64,000 bases of DNA from NCBI RefSeq assembly GCF_006345805.1, contig NC_043019.1, positions 12,833,360-12,897,359 of the forward strand, given 5' to 3'. The DNA comes from Octopus sinensis. Lineage: Eukaryota. Positions 39,400 through 52,416 of the stretch are shown one piece after another (positions within the stretch are counted from its first letter, which is position 1; each line of letters opens with the position of its first letter). The position numbers and the translations under genes were made by a program. The notes under the pieces were generated by a model that was given only the letters and a program-made list of their open reading frames with translations, ran no database searches and was not told the origin of the DNA.

Positions 39400-40300
39400 T
39401 TTCAGAGTGGAATCTGCAGTGGAATTAGAAAAGAAATTTCAGGTATGGAAGCAAAACGTGGTATCAAAAGGCCTTAAAGTTAACTTGGCAAAAATCAAAA
39501 GTTCTAGTAAGTGGGAAAACAGACAGGACCTCACACCCATCAGGTAAACGATCCTGCTTAACATGTAGGAAAGGTTATACACCCAATGAATGCTATGGGC
39601 ACAGAAGAGGTGAATTGGATTCACAGGAAGGTGAACACAGAAATTAGGGTTTGCATGTGAAAGATGCATAAGAGCGATGAATATTAAGGAGACACGATAA
39701 TTAGCTTCTGTTACCTTGGTGACCTAATTAATAATGTTCTGAAAATATAGTTGCTAGAATAAGAATAGGATGGAGAAAGTTCTGGAAGTTATAACCTCGG
39801 TTATCGGCAATGCTACATGGTAGGGAGACATGGAGCCTGAATGCAGAGGATAGGCAAGGACTAGAAAAGAATAAAGCAAGTATACTTTATCGGATGGGCA
39901 ATATCAGTGTGCATCGAAAACAAAGAGCTAAAGTACTGAGAGAGAGAGAGAGTAAACATAACAGGAAGTAGATCACCCACAACAATAACAACAACAACAA
40001 TTGGCACAACACAAGCACCAGCAACTATAACAACAACCACAACAAATCTTATGACATGACGAGGATCTACTCCACAGAGTTACCCTTCATCAAGAGAGTA
40101 TTTATCCCACCCCAAATTGATAGTGAAACAGAAACAAAAGATTTCCTTAGCTAGAAATAGACTCCGACACATCTTAGACAGACTGGACTGGTTTGTTCAT
40201 GTGATGTGTATGGATGAAGGCAGCTGCTTCAAGAAGTGCTTAAAGTGGATGGAACTTGTAGAAGTGAAGATTGAGCTTCACAGAAGAGATGACAAATGAC
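39400..40300 (+). mobile_element. Degenerate RTE reverse-transcriptase C-terminal fragments
   Basis: WKQNVVSKGLKVNLAK, FCYLGDL, ARIRIGWRKF, MLHGRETW, RLDWFVHVMCMDE in broken frames. Confidence 0.75.
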
Positions 40301-40589
40301 TGAGTTGATTGACAAATGACTGAGATGATTGACAAATGACTGAGATGACTGACAAATGACTGAGATGATTGACAAATGACTGAGCTGATTGGCAATTCAC
40401 TGTGCTCGCAAAGACCTGTCCATCACATTAAAAGACAATATCCTAACTGCACACACACACACACACACACACACAGACTTGCCACTTTCTTCACTATGGC
40501 TACTTTAACCCTTTAATATTCAGATTACTCTTTCAAATGTAATGCTTATTTATTCACATTGCTTTGACTTTGAAGACCCGACAAATGCA

Positions 40590-41012
40590 GTGAGTTCATG
40601 GCTCGCAGGACAGACTGCTGCGCTGACCTTGGATCGTAGAGTGACCCGCTGTTCTTGAGGAGACCTGTTGAGTCAAGTTCGTTAAGACACCCATGCTGGT
40701 GACACGTAAAAGCACCGTTCGAGCATGGCAGTTACTAGTGACGCCGACTGGCGTCCATGTCGGTGACACGTAAAAGCACCAACCGATCGTGGCCGTTTGC
40801 CAGCTTGCTCTGGCTCCTGTGCTGGTGGCACATAAAAAGCACCCACTACACTCACGGAGTGGTTGGCGTTAGGAAGGGCATCCAGCTGTAGAAACACTGC
40901 CAAATCAGACTGGAGCCTGGTGCAGCCTCCATGGCTTGCTTACCAGACCCCGGTCGAACCGTCCAACCCATGCTAGCATGGAAAACAGACGTTAAATGAT
41001 GATGATGATGAT
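40590..41012 (+). mobile_element. RTE 3' end (subfamily of 7021/7345)
   Basis: Shared upstream segment, core and tail. Confidence 0.8.
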
Positions 41013-41764
41013 TCTGTTTATACTTGTAACCCATTCTGCCCCTCCAAGCATTACCCATATCTCATTCCTCTAACACCCAGTTCTCCATCACTCCTCTATC
41101 AATGGCACTACTCAGTGGCTGTATTCACTTGGAAACAGAATTGGCACATATTACTCCACACCGTTTTCTTTTGCGCTACCACTGACCTCCTTCTGCCAGA
41201 ACAACTTCCACTCCTTATTTCCATTATCCTTCCTTCCTTTTCCCATACTATCTTCACTGATCGGATCCTTTCTATGCCTTCATCTCCCTTCTCTGCCATA
41301 CTTCATCTTAACACCTCACATCTCGACCCTCATTCTCAGCTCCCTCTTATATCCATGATCATGCTCCAGTCACTGTAGCCACCCATATGTAACCCTATAT
41401 CTCCCACTCTACCCCTCCTACACCTACATTATTCCCTTAACTTCTCTCTCTTACCATAGCCCTTCTACATACTCAAATTTTCCATCAACTGCACCTCCAG
41501 CCTTGTCCATCACTCACTACATAAAGATAGAATGTGATTAAAAACTATGAGTGGTGAAGAGTAAAAAACAGAAGACAGAATTGAAAATAAAATTTAAAAT
41601 TAAAAATTTAAAATTGAAAATTAGTTCAAAAAGATAAAAAGGGTTTTTAAATATATTTACCATTTTGGAAGATTTTATAGGATTTCGCAACTCCCTTGTC
41701 TGTAAAAAGATGAAAACATGATTTTTGATCAACAGATTTTAATCAACAATTTGTGTTAGAATGA

Positions 41765-42200
41765 TTAGTAATTCATCATGGCTTGGCTTCGCAAACGAAG
41801 ATCAGGAAGGCTGTCCACGTTGCGTGCATGCACACTCATCACTGACAAGTATGATATGGGAAAGGCAGGTCCATGTGCAGTGTCCACAGACAGAGGTAAC
41901 ATCTGGTGTGGTGTCAGAGGCGGCTCGCGCCTTCCTCCTGCGTCTCTTGTCTTTAAGTACGTCTCTTCTTTGTTCCTCAAACTTGCTGACTGCGTTGAAG
42001 ATTGTGTGGCGCCAGACATCACAGTCCACAGCCAGGTCTGACCAGCATTGGTGGTTAATATGACATGCTGTTAGAGACTTCTTGAGGCAGTCTTTGTAGC
42101 GCCTCCTCGGAGCTCCTCTCACACAGTGGCCAGTGGAGAGTTCGACAAACAGGGCAATCTTTGGAAGGCGATGGTTCTCCATTCTGGAGACATGCTCTGC
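41765..42200 (-). mobile_element. Second RTE lineage (BovB-like) ORF2 C-terminus
   Basis: RMENHRLPKIALFVEL...RGAPRRRYKDCLK...W...CGHCTWTCLSHI Cys-rich end. Confidence 0.8.
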
Positions 42201-42202
42201 CC

Positions 42203-42847
42203 ATATATATAAACGGCAAAATGTCTGTGTGTGTGTCCTTTATACAAATCCACAATTTTTTAGTTAGAGGGCTCACACTTTCTATGGTCATTCAAAACCG
42301 TCCAAGGGTGGTCATGCACATCTTTACATTACCCCAGTCACCCCACAAATCTCTCTATATATAAACGGCAAAATGTCTGTGTGTGTGTCCTTTATACAAA
42401 TCCACAATTTTTTAGTTAGAGGGCTCACACTTTCTATGGTCATTCAAAACCGTCCAAGGGTGGTCATGCACATCTTTACATTACCCCAGTCACCCCACAA
42501 ATCTCTCTATATATAAACGGCAAAATGTCTGTGTGTGTGTCCTTTATACAAATCGACAATTTTTCAGTTAGAGGGCTCACACTTTCTATGGTCATTCAAA
42601 ACCATCCAAGGGTGGTCGTGCACATCTTTACATTTCCCCAGTCACCCCGCAAAGCCATTTAAAAATCAATAGAAGTGACTTTTTTGTGAATTTTCTATCC
42701 AAAACCCAATCAAAACACCTGAAACTTGATATGCCAATTGAATGCCAGCTAGCTGTATGCAATTGGTTGGAGATTTGGACAGTACTCGCGTTTATGTGCG
42801 CACGCACGCAGCTGTATATGCATGCACTAGCACTATGACCCGGCTAG
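42203..42847 (+). mobile_element. Helitron-like element whose 5' 152 bp is present three times head-to-tail
   Basis: A|TCTCTCTATATATAAACGGC restarts at 42350 and 42502. Ends CTAG|T; hairpin weak. Confidence 0.65.
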
Positions 42848-43292
42848 TCATTAATAATTGAACAAATCACATTTGTATTGATTGAGTGACCTTGGCCAGA
42901 GGTCTGATTGGTCAGTCATGGACAGAGGTCAGTGATTGCTAACAAAATCTTGATCGTCACAATCTAACAATCTGGTTTTGATTCTTTGGTCTTTTGGAAC
43001 TGCCAAATATTCCTGCAACACTCGAGTCACATTCTTTGGGATCTTTCCAAAAATTTTTTCCTTAATTCTTGCCTGGATACTTAAACTTTATTGTGAACAA
43101 TGAATCAGTACAATTTTTGAAAACAGTCGAAAATTACATCTCAGACACTTAATAATCTTTGTATCTGACAGTCATGTACGTCACAGACGAATGGACCTCA
43201 CATCAAAACAATGATGATGATGAGGATACAAGCACCGTTCTAATATGACCATAAATAAATAAACATGATGAATAAATAAACATTAGGTATTT

Positions 43293-43682
43293 CTCTCTTT
43301 TACTTGTTTCAGTCATTTGACTGCAGCCATGCTGGAGCACCGCCTTTAGTCGAGCAAATCAACCCCAGGACTTATTCGTTGTAAGCCTAGAACTTAATTC
43401 TATCTTACTCTTTTGCCGAACCGCTAAGTCACGGGGACGTAAACACACCAGCATCAGTTGTCAAGCGATGTTGGGGTGACAAACACAGACACACACACAA
43501 ATATATATATACATATATACGATGAGCTTCTTTTCAGTTTCCATCTACCAAATCCACTCACAAGGCTTTGGTCGGCCTGAGGCTACAGTAGACGACGCCC
43601 AAGGTGCCATGCAGTGGGACTGAACCCGGAACCATGTGGTTCGTAAGCAAGCAACTTACCACACAGCCACTCTTGCACCTAT
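43293..43682 (-). mobile_element. CORE-type SINE
   Basis: Reverse-complement match. Confidence 0.85.
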
Positions 43683-43737
43683 GAAAGCAAAAACGAAAAA
43701 ACAAGCAGAAAAATCTATTCCTGAAAATGATATAAAT

Positions 43738-44259
43738 CAGTGGTTCTCAGCCCCACTCCCTTTTTTTTTGCCTATGGACCCCTTTGATTATTATTTGATT
43801 CTGGTTGATGCCCCCCCCCACCGTTGCCACTTGTAGCTTAAAAACAAATTTTATAGATGCTTTTTTCAAAACCCCTAATTTAACATATTAAATCTTTAGG
43901 GTTTAGCTTATTCTGTCTCAAATGTAATGCTTATTTATTCACACTGTTTTGAATTAATCAGAAATTATCTTATAGCTTCTAGATTAATATAATGTGATCG
44001 TTTATTTTTAGGTTGACATTGTAGGGTAGATGTGAGGGACCTGATCTGGCTGGTTTGTACGTAAAACAGGTGTTGGCCTGTGTAGGGTGAACTATGTAAA
44101 ATGTTGGGGAAAGAAACTTAAACATTTCTTGCAGCGAATACATCTGAAGCAAAATATTATTTCACAGACCCTTAAAATATTACTGTAGATCCCCAGTTTA
44201 CTATTTTGCTTGCACGTGACCCCTAAAAGTCTCACATGGACCACAGCTGAGAACCACTG
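43738..44259. mobile_element. hAT-like MITE (CAGTGGTTCTCAG TIRs), degenerate 8-bp TSD
   Basis: ATATAAAT / GTGTAAAT flanks. Confidence 0.65.
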
Positions 44260-44364
44260 GTGTAAATGATAATTGAAACAATTATTTTTAGTAGAAAAAT
44301 AAATGTTAACAGAAAAATAAAATAAAAAAAGAAAAAAACGAAATAAAGAAAATAAAATACTCAC

Positions 44365-44404
44365 AAATACACACTAAAAACAAACAGTTCCGAAGAATGT
44401 TCAT
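44365..44404 (-). CDS. Unnamed secreted/GPI-like protein, coding exon 1 (MNILRNCLFLVCI)
   Basis: TTTTCCAG|ATC ATG acceptor with A at -3, strong GTGAGT donor, phase 1, hydrophobic signal-peptide core. Confidence 0.75.
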
Positions 44405-46261
44405 GATCTGGAAAATAATATATATAAATCAAATTTTTTTGAAAAAATTTATCAATGGCCAGCATATTAAAAAATACTTTTAAAGGTTAAATTTATAAAC
44501 AACATATAAACAAGGGCAAAAGAAAAAAATTTCTAATGCCAAATATGCCGAAACTAGACACATCGTCTATAACCATATAATTTATCACTATAAGCATGTG
44601 TCTCGAAGAAAGCCGACAGAATTTTCTAAAAAATTCCGTTATCATATCGGACCCGATTTCAGAGTTAATTCATAAGAACCTTCTCTTCATCAGTGATAAA
44701 TGCGGCAAAGAAATAAATGAAATACTTACTTATACCCATGGAAGAAGCAAACACTAACTCATGAGCACAATTAAGTACCCCAAATATATCCAAAATAGAA
44801 ATTCTCTAGCCCATTCGAGACACGTGAAATTCGAACTGAAAACTTTCGTAGATTGAGAGAGTCCAGAAGTGAACACTATTGAATTTACATCTAATATAGG
44901 ATAAAATTTTTTCCAAAAAATTTTATCAATGGTTAGCTTATTAGAAAAATACCTTTAAAGGTTAAATTTAGAAACAACTTATAAAGAAAGGTAAAAGAAA
45001 AAAATTTCTAAAGCCAAATATGCCGAAACTAGACACATCGTCCATAACCACATAATTTATCACTATAAGCACGCATCTCTTATATTTACAACATATAAGT
45101 TGTATATATATGTATATATATATAATAACAAAATAATAAATAAAACATATGCATATATACATAAATATATGTACGTACCCACATCGATATGTATATATAC
45201 ATGCATATATGGGTACAGGACACCAAAACAACGTCGAACACAATGAGAAATTAAATAAATATATGTATGTATATATGTATACACACACACATATGTACAT
45301 ATATATGTATACACACACACATATGTACATATATATGTATACACACACACACATGTAAAAACTAACACTTCCTCTTGGAAATAAAAAAAAAGTAAAGGCT
45401 TTTTATGAAAAGTAACGATAGATATATACAATTAGATGAACTGAGGTAGAAATAAAAGTAATAAAAGTCATTATTGTGAATTGTTAAAGAGATTTAAAAG
45501 CATACCGGTTTCGTGACATGCATATGTGGGCACAGACCGTCATGAAACGTGTACAACAAAAAAGTACAAAGCACGTGTACATGGAACATGAACTATTCTT
45601 TCGAAGAAAGAAAGACACAAATAGAAAACAAAGCAAAGAACGACCCTTCATCAGTTGTTGGCTGTTTCTCTAGTCTCGTATTTTGAGCATTTAACTACAA
45701 TATACGCTTTCGATAAAACAGTTGCTTCCGCAAAGCAAATTAAATAAAATTTGAGATTTTACAGCATCGTTCTATCCCTCTCTCTGTAATCACTACAAAA
45801 CAATGAAGAGGGCACAAACACAAACTTTTTGAATTTATCATAACCTACCCGTCGAGGTATGGTATTTTTCAACGTAACGGTAAATAAATATTTCCTTCAA
45901 ATTTCATGCATTGTTCATCTTTCACATTCTACAGTATGCAATTATAACAAATTTTTATCGTTGCAACTGCTGACTCTGACATTTCATTATATTGTTTACT
46001 AATCAATTTCTCCCGCTACAATTGGTAACCCTCGACTTTAACTAAAATCTTAACCGTTACAAACGTTTTTTTTTTCTTCCTCTTAAAACTCACACAAGTC
46101 TATAAATTTTGGATGTTTTTTGAAAGATACTATATTTTATCATCAGAATATATATACTTTCTCACACAACAAGTGAGATATATTTATTTTAAATCGTTGG
46201 TCTTTCTTCCCCCTCCCCACCTAATTAGTTTGGGCGTGATTTTAATTTTTTTTTTTCCTTG

Positions 46262-46880
46262 GCGAAAATCGTGCGGGCGAAAAGACCAATGGGGTGTGGG
46301 GGCGAAATTTCTGAGGATTCCACCTCATCCCACCACGTTTTTCGGACCCCCAAAAGGGCTTTGTAGCATATTAGGAGGTCACAGGAATTCATTCAACGAC
46401 AAAAAAAAAATTTTTCAGTGATTCCGGAATTGACGGGGATCTCCCCTTCGCCCCCACCCTTCTTCTGAACCAAAATAAGGGATTTGCAGTATATCAGGAT
46501 GTCAGGGTATTTGATTCCACGCAAAAAAATCCGAGTTTTTTTCTTTTTTTTTCATAGTGAAAATCGTGCGGATGTTGATATTAAAATTTACCAAAATTTC
46601 CGGGGGTTTCCATCACACCCCACTCAGTTTTTTGGGAACCTCAAAAGGGTTTCGTAGCATATTAGGATGTCACAGGAATTCATTCAACGAAAAAAAAAAA
46701 ATTTTTTCAACAATGATTCCTGGATGGGGGGAGGGGGTTCTGACACCCCCTCCTTTATTTCCGAACAAAAATAAAGGATTTGCAGCACATTAGGAGTATG
46801 GGGTGCTTGATTCTATGCAAATAATCCAATTTTTTTCTCTTTTTAGTGAAAATCGTCCGGGTGTTACTCCAAAAAATTTA
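46262..46880. repeat. ~290-295 bp diverged tandem repeat, 2+ units
   Basis: AAAATCGT(G/C)CGG at 46265, 46560 and 46849. Confidence 0.8.
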
Positions 46881-47092
46881 CCAAATTTTAAAATAATTTT
46901 TACTCATTTCCCTATTTTGTTTCCATCATGAAGAGTCGGAATCTGGGGAAAATAGATGCCAAAGCTTAAGGATATAAGGGGTCTACGGATGGAATCGCTG
47001 GTGGCGGATGACAGTCTGAACGTGAATAGACTTTCCCACTGTGATCTGCCGCTCCATCCTTTTCTTATTTCGTCACAGTTTCTTTTACTTAA

Positions 47093-47595
47093 CTGAGTGG
47101 CTGTGTGGTAAGTAGCTTGTTTACCAACCACATGGTTCCGGGTTCAGCCCCACTGCGTGGCACCTTGGGCAAGTGTCTTCTACTATAGCTTCGGGCCGAC
47201 CAAAACCTTGTGAGTGGATTTGGTAGACGGAAACTGAAAGAAGCCCGTCGTATATATGTATATATATATATATATGCGTATGTGTGTTTGTGTGTCTGTG
47301 TTTGTCCCCCTAGCATTGCTTGACAACCGATGCTGGTGTGTTTATGTCCCCGTCACTTAGACGGAAACTGAAAGAAGCCCGTCGTATATATGTATATTTA
47401 TATTTATGCGTGTGTGTGTTTGTCCCCCTAGCATTGCTTGACAACCGATGCTGGTGTGTTTATGTCCCCGTCACTTAGCGGTTCGGCAAAAGAGACCGAT
47501 AGAATAAGTCCCGGGGGTCGAGTTGCTCGATTAAAGGTGGTGCTCCAGCATGACCGCAGTCAAATGACTGAAACAAGTAGAAGAGTAGAAGAGTA
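47093..47595 (+). mobile_element. CORE-type SINE with internal ~120-bp duplication
   Basis: GACGGAAACTG...CGTCACTTAG occurs twice. Confidence 0.85.
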
Positions 47596-47980
47596 AGGAA
47601 TTCGATCACCTATTTATTTGTTTTTTTTTTTTAAATAATGAGTCAGCTTAATTGGTGATGGAAAAAATTTTTTAATATGTTTATTGCGTAAGCTGGGAAG
47701 ACTGGAATTGGAAATAGGGAGTTTTTTCTAGCGGTGTCATATGAAATTGTCACCCATAATTATGACCCTAGTATCGATCTATTGCATTTCAATCTGTTTT
47801 AGGGTTAGGGGGGGAGGGTATCTTTTTTTCTTAATTATAACAAATTAAATAAACCCAATCTGTTTTTTAAACGAGGGACATATTCATACGGCACAGAATG
47901 TTGGTTACCTCAATAGACGTCATTGATTGGTTGAAATTGCAGAAATTGAAGAAAAAAACAACAACAAATATCTTACAAAC

Positions 47981-48381
47981 TAGGCGCAGGAGTGGCTGTG
48001 TGGTAAGTAGCTTGCTAACCAACCACATGGTTACGGGTTCAGTCCCACTGCGTGGCATCTTGGGCAAGTGTCTTTTGCTATAGCCCCGGGCCGACCAATG
48101 CCTTGTGAGTGGATTTGGTAGACGGAAACTGAAAGAAGCCTGTCGTATATATGTTTATATATATATATGTGTGTGTGTGTGTGTTTGTCCCCCTAGCATT
48201 GCTTGACAACCGATGCTGGTGTGTTTACGTCCTCGTCACCTAGCGGTTCGGCAAAAGAGACCGATAGAATAAGTACTGGGCTTACAAAGAATAAGTCCCG
48301 GGGTCGATTTGTTCGACGAAAGGCGGTGCTCCAGCATGGCCGCAGTCAAAATGACTGAAACAAGTAAAAGAGTAAAAGAGT
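47981..48381 (+). mobile_element. CORE-type SINE nested in the TTAGGG-MITE, TSD AAACTA
   Basis: Interrupts the host consensus ATCTTACAAACTATAGAA. Confidence 0.85.
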
Positions 48382-48609
48382 AAACTATAGAATTTTCTCA
48401 ATAAAGCCAAGAGAAAAAGATGTTTTATAAACACATTCTACCAGTATACGAAGTTTAAAAGTGTTTACTTACCTAGAAATTATGTTAAAAACTGCCGTTC
48501 AAGCCGAAAAGAGAAGACAGACAGAAAAAATTGTTACTTCACGGGGAAAGAAAACCTTTTTTCAGTGGGGAAAGAAAGCGTCGTTAAGTTTAGTAAAAAT
48601 CAAGTTCCA

Positions 48610-51580
48610 GCTGTTATTTCTAGCGATTGCGTAAGCTGGGCAGATAGGAACCGGTCATAAAAACAAACACAAAAAAAATAGTGTAATACGTGTAAAACAA
48701 CTTCCTCTAAACGAATTAGACTAAAAAGATGCGTGAATTTCCGAAAGCGTCTGACCCGGGCAACCAATCAGAGAAAAGGCGTCGAAATAAACACGTGGTT
48801 GATTTTTGACCCCGTCTGACCCCGTCTCTCGCATCTACATGTCGACCACCGGTGGCGATCTTTCGTTACAAGATAACTACAACTCACGCGATTTCGCCTA
48901 ATGTGCTTCGACCAAGTGTTGCACGTCAAGCTTACACAATCGCTAGAAATAACAGCTAAATGCCTGGGGCGATCTTTCGTTACAAGACCACTACAAATCA
49001 CGCGATTTCGCCTAATGTGCTTCGACCAAGTGTTGCACGTCAAGCTTACACAATCGCTAGAAATACCAGCTAAATGCCTGTAAAATATTTTCCTTCAGCT
49101 TAACCACACTTTTTTTTTTTTTTTTGTTCTGAAAAAGTCACCCCCACCCGTTAGATTTCAGTTTTCTTTCTTTTCTCTTTTCAATTCCAATCTGCTCAGC
49201 TTACACAATCGCTAGAAATAACAGCTAAATGCCTGTAAAATATTTTCCTTCAGCTTATCGACCCGGTCTCTGGCGAAATTTCGATATACGTACTGCACAT
49301 TATCTCGTAACTTATTTAGTTTTTGCCATTTTCAGGAAATTTATCAGAATGTGGATGCTATAAACTCGTTTCATTGTGGATGTAAAAAAAATATAAATAA
49401 ATAAAAAACCTCAAAACTTACCAGTTTTAGGAGACCCAAAAACACGCAACTCAACACTTGTTCAAAAACCCGCCACTCAACACTCGTTTGCGCATGCGTC
49501 TTCTTTATACTAACTTTCAGTTCAACTCAGATGATTTGGCGGGGTTTTTTCCAGAAAGATAACATTGATTTGGGGTGGGGGGGTTTTCCATAAGAAAACA
49601 TTGTTTTGGGGGAGGGGTGAGATTCCAAGACAATGGAGTCGGATAGAGAGAAATATAGGTAGGTAGGTAGGTAGGTGAGTTTGCGTAGGCTGAGTACATT
49701 AGAATTGAAAAGAAAAAAGAAAACTGAAATCTAACGGGTGGTGACTTTTTCAGAACGAAATCGCGTGTGATTTGTAGTGATCTTGTAACGAAGGCGATCT
49801 TTGTTACAAGACCACTACAAATTATACACGATTTCGTTTAATGTGCTTTCGACCAAATGTTGCACGTTTAGCTTACACAATCGCTAGAAATACCAGCTAA
49901 ATGCCTGTAAAATATTTTCCTTCACTTAACCACACTTTTTTTTGTTTCGTTTTTGTTCTGAAACAGTCACCCCCACCCGTTAGATTTCAGTTTTCTTTCT
50001 TTTTTCTTTTCAATTCCAATCTGCTCAGCTTACACAATCGCTAGAAATAACAGCTAAATGCCTGGGGCGATCTTCGTTACAAGACCACTACAAATCACGC
50101 GATTTCGCCTAATGTGCTTCGACCAAGTGTTGCACGTCAAGCTTACACAATCGCTAGAAATAACAGTTAAATGCCTGGGGCGATCTTTCGTTACAAGACC
50201 ACTACAAATCACGCGATTTCGCCTAATGTGCTTCGACCAAGTGTTGCACGTCAAGCTTACACAATCGCTAGAAATACCAGCTAAATGCCTGTAAAATATT
50301 TTCCTTCAACTTAACCACACTTTTTTTTGTTTCGTTTTTGTTCTGAAACAGTCACCCCCACCCGTTAGATTTCAGTTTTCTTTCTTTTTTCTTTTCAATT
50401 CCAATCTGCTCAGCTTCGCTAGAAATACCAGCTAAATGCCTGTAAAATATTTTCCTTCAACTTAACCACACTTTTTTTTGTTTCGTTTTTGTTCTGAAAC
50501 AGTCACCCCCACCCGTTAGATTTCAGTTTTCTTTCTTTTTTCTTTTCAATTCCAATCTGCTCAGCTTACACAATCGCTAGAAATAACAGCCAAATGCCTG
50601 GGGCGATCTTTCGTTACAAGACCACTGTAAATCACGCGATTTCGCCTCATGTGCTTCGACCAAGTGTTGCACGTCAAGCTTACACAATCGCTAGAAATAA
50701 CAGTTAAATGCCTGGGGCGATCTTTCGTTACAAGACCACTACAAATCACGCGATTTCGCCTAATGTGCTTCGACCAAGTGTTGCACGTCAAGCTTACACA
50801 ATCGCTAGAAATACCAGCTAAATGCCTGTAAAATATTTTCCTTCAGCTTAACCACACTTTTTTTTTTTTTTTTTGTTCTGAAAAAGTCACCCCCACCCGT
50901 TAGATTTCAGTTTTCCATCTTTTTTCTTTTCAATTCCAATCTGCTCAGCTTCGCTAGAAATACCAGCTAAATGCCTGTAAAATATTTTCCTTCAGCTTAA
51001 CCACACTAAAGCGTTTGACCCGGTCTCTGGCGAAATTTCGATATACGTACTGCACATTATTTCGTCCGGTCGTAAGTTATTTAGTTTTTGCCATTTTGAG
51101 GAAATTTATCAGAATGTGGATGCTATAAACTCGTATCATTGTGGATGTAAAAAAAATAAAAAGAAATGAAAAACCTCAAAACTTACCAGTTTTAGGAGAC
51201 CCAAAAACACGCGACTCAACACTGTAGCAGTTCACTTGTAGTAAATAGTAGTAGCTATAACACTCGTTTGCGCATGCGTCTTCTTTATTCTAAAAACAAA
51301 CCTTGGTGTCAAGTCATTCATAAAATGTGTGTGTGTTTTATTATTACCCACAAGGGGCGAAAATGTGTGTGTGTGTGTGCATGTGTTCATCATAAACGGT
51401 TTATAGATATTTAAGTGTTTTTTGTGCCCGGGTCAGGCACGTAACATTCCCGATGTAAATTTTCCGATTCCTCTCCCCCATCCCCCTTTCGCGAGCGCGA
51501 TTTTTTGAGTCATATTCGTTTAGAGGAATTTGTTTTACGCCTATTACACTATTTTTTGTTTGTTTTTATGACCGGTTTGT
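48610..51580. repeat. Modular satellite (114-bp A and 151-158-bp B units) inside imperfect inverted termini
   Basis: GCCT anchors at 48962, 49076, 49231, 50060, 50173, 50287, 50438 and 50596. 48650-48765 is inverted relative to 51420-51580. Confidence 0.85.
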
Positions 51581-51926
51581 TTTTATGACAGTAGCAATAC
51601 CGTCTGTTAGAACTGAAAGTCGTCAACTTCGTGTATTTACGTCAGGTTTATATCTTCGTTAACTTACGCCTTATCGGCACTGTCATGCTGTTTAAACTTT
51701 ATTAATAAATATATATTCTTGCAGTGTGTGTATATGTGGCTATATGTCTGACTAATGTGTGTGTGTCTGTATTTATTGTATGTGTATATAAGTAGTTATA
51801 TGCTTATATTATCCATTATAGTAATATTTGTCTGTTGAAATCCGTTTTAAGGCGGTCAATAGTTTAATTAAAGATGTGTCTATACATGTATATAATATAT
51901 ATATATATATACATGTGTATACATAT

Positions 51927-51995
<69 letters not shown>

Positions 51996-52343
51996 GTGTA
52001 TATATACACATGTAATATATATATGTATACACATGTATAATATATATAATATATATATAAGTATATATATATATATATTTAAAAAAGGAGATGTGGAACA
52101 CGAGTTGTGATATATAAAAAAAGGAAATGAAGAAAATGCTGACAAAATAATTTAAGTATGGGAAAGTGTATTTAATTAGGTGCTGATAAGAGAAAAAAAT
52201 CTATCAGAAAGGAACTCTATCTCTCTTTAAAAAATATCTTTTAATAAGCATAACAAATGCGCAACCGGTAAAAAGAACTTTCACCTAATTAAATACACTC
52301 TCCTTTACTTAAATTATTTTGTCAGCATTTTCTTCATTTCCTT

Positions 52344-52374
<31 letters not shown>

Positions 52375-52382
52375 ATATATAT

Positions 52383-52416
<34 letters not shown>

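Noticed and set aside
42940-43245. Short minus-strand ORFs (NGACILIIIIVLM*, ARIKEKIFGK...SNH*) as possible paralogue exons
   Set aside because: Weak acceptors, phase incompatible with exon 1, and no supporting partner exons found.
45505-45640. Hammerhead-ribozyme-like CTGATGA...GAAAC on the minus strand (also ~56505-56535 in a Penelope-LTR-like repeat)
   Set aside because: Stem II cannot be closed in the first; the second has CTGTTGA, lacking the conserved core A. An Infernal search with hammerhead models would settle it.
48768-50831. Repeated 38-aa ORFs on both strands
   Set aside because: Products of the 114-bp satellite unit.
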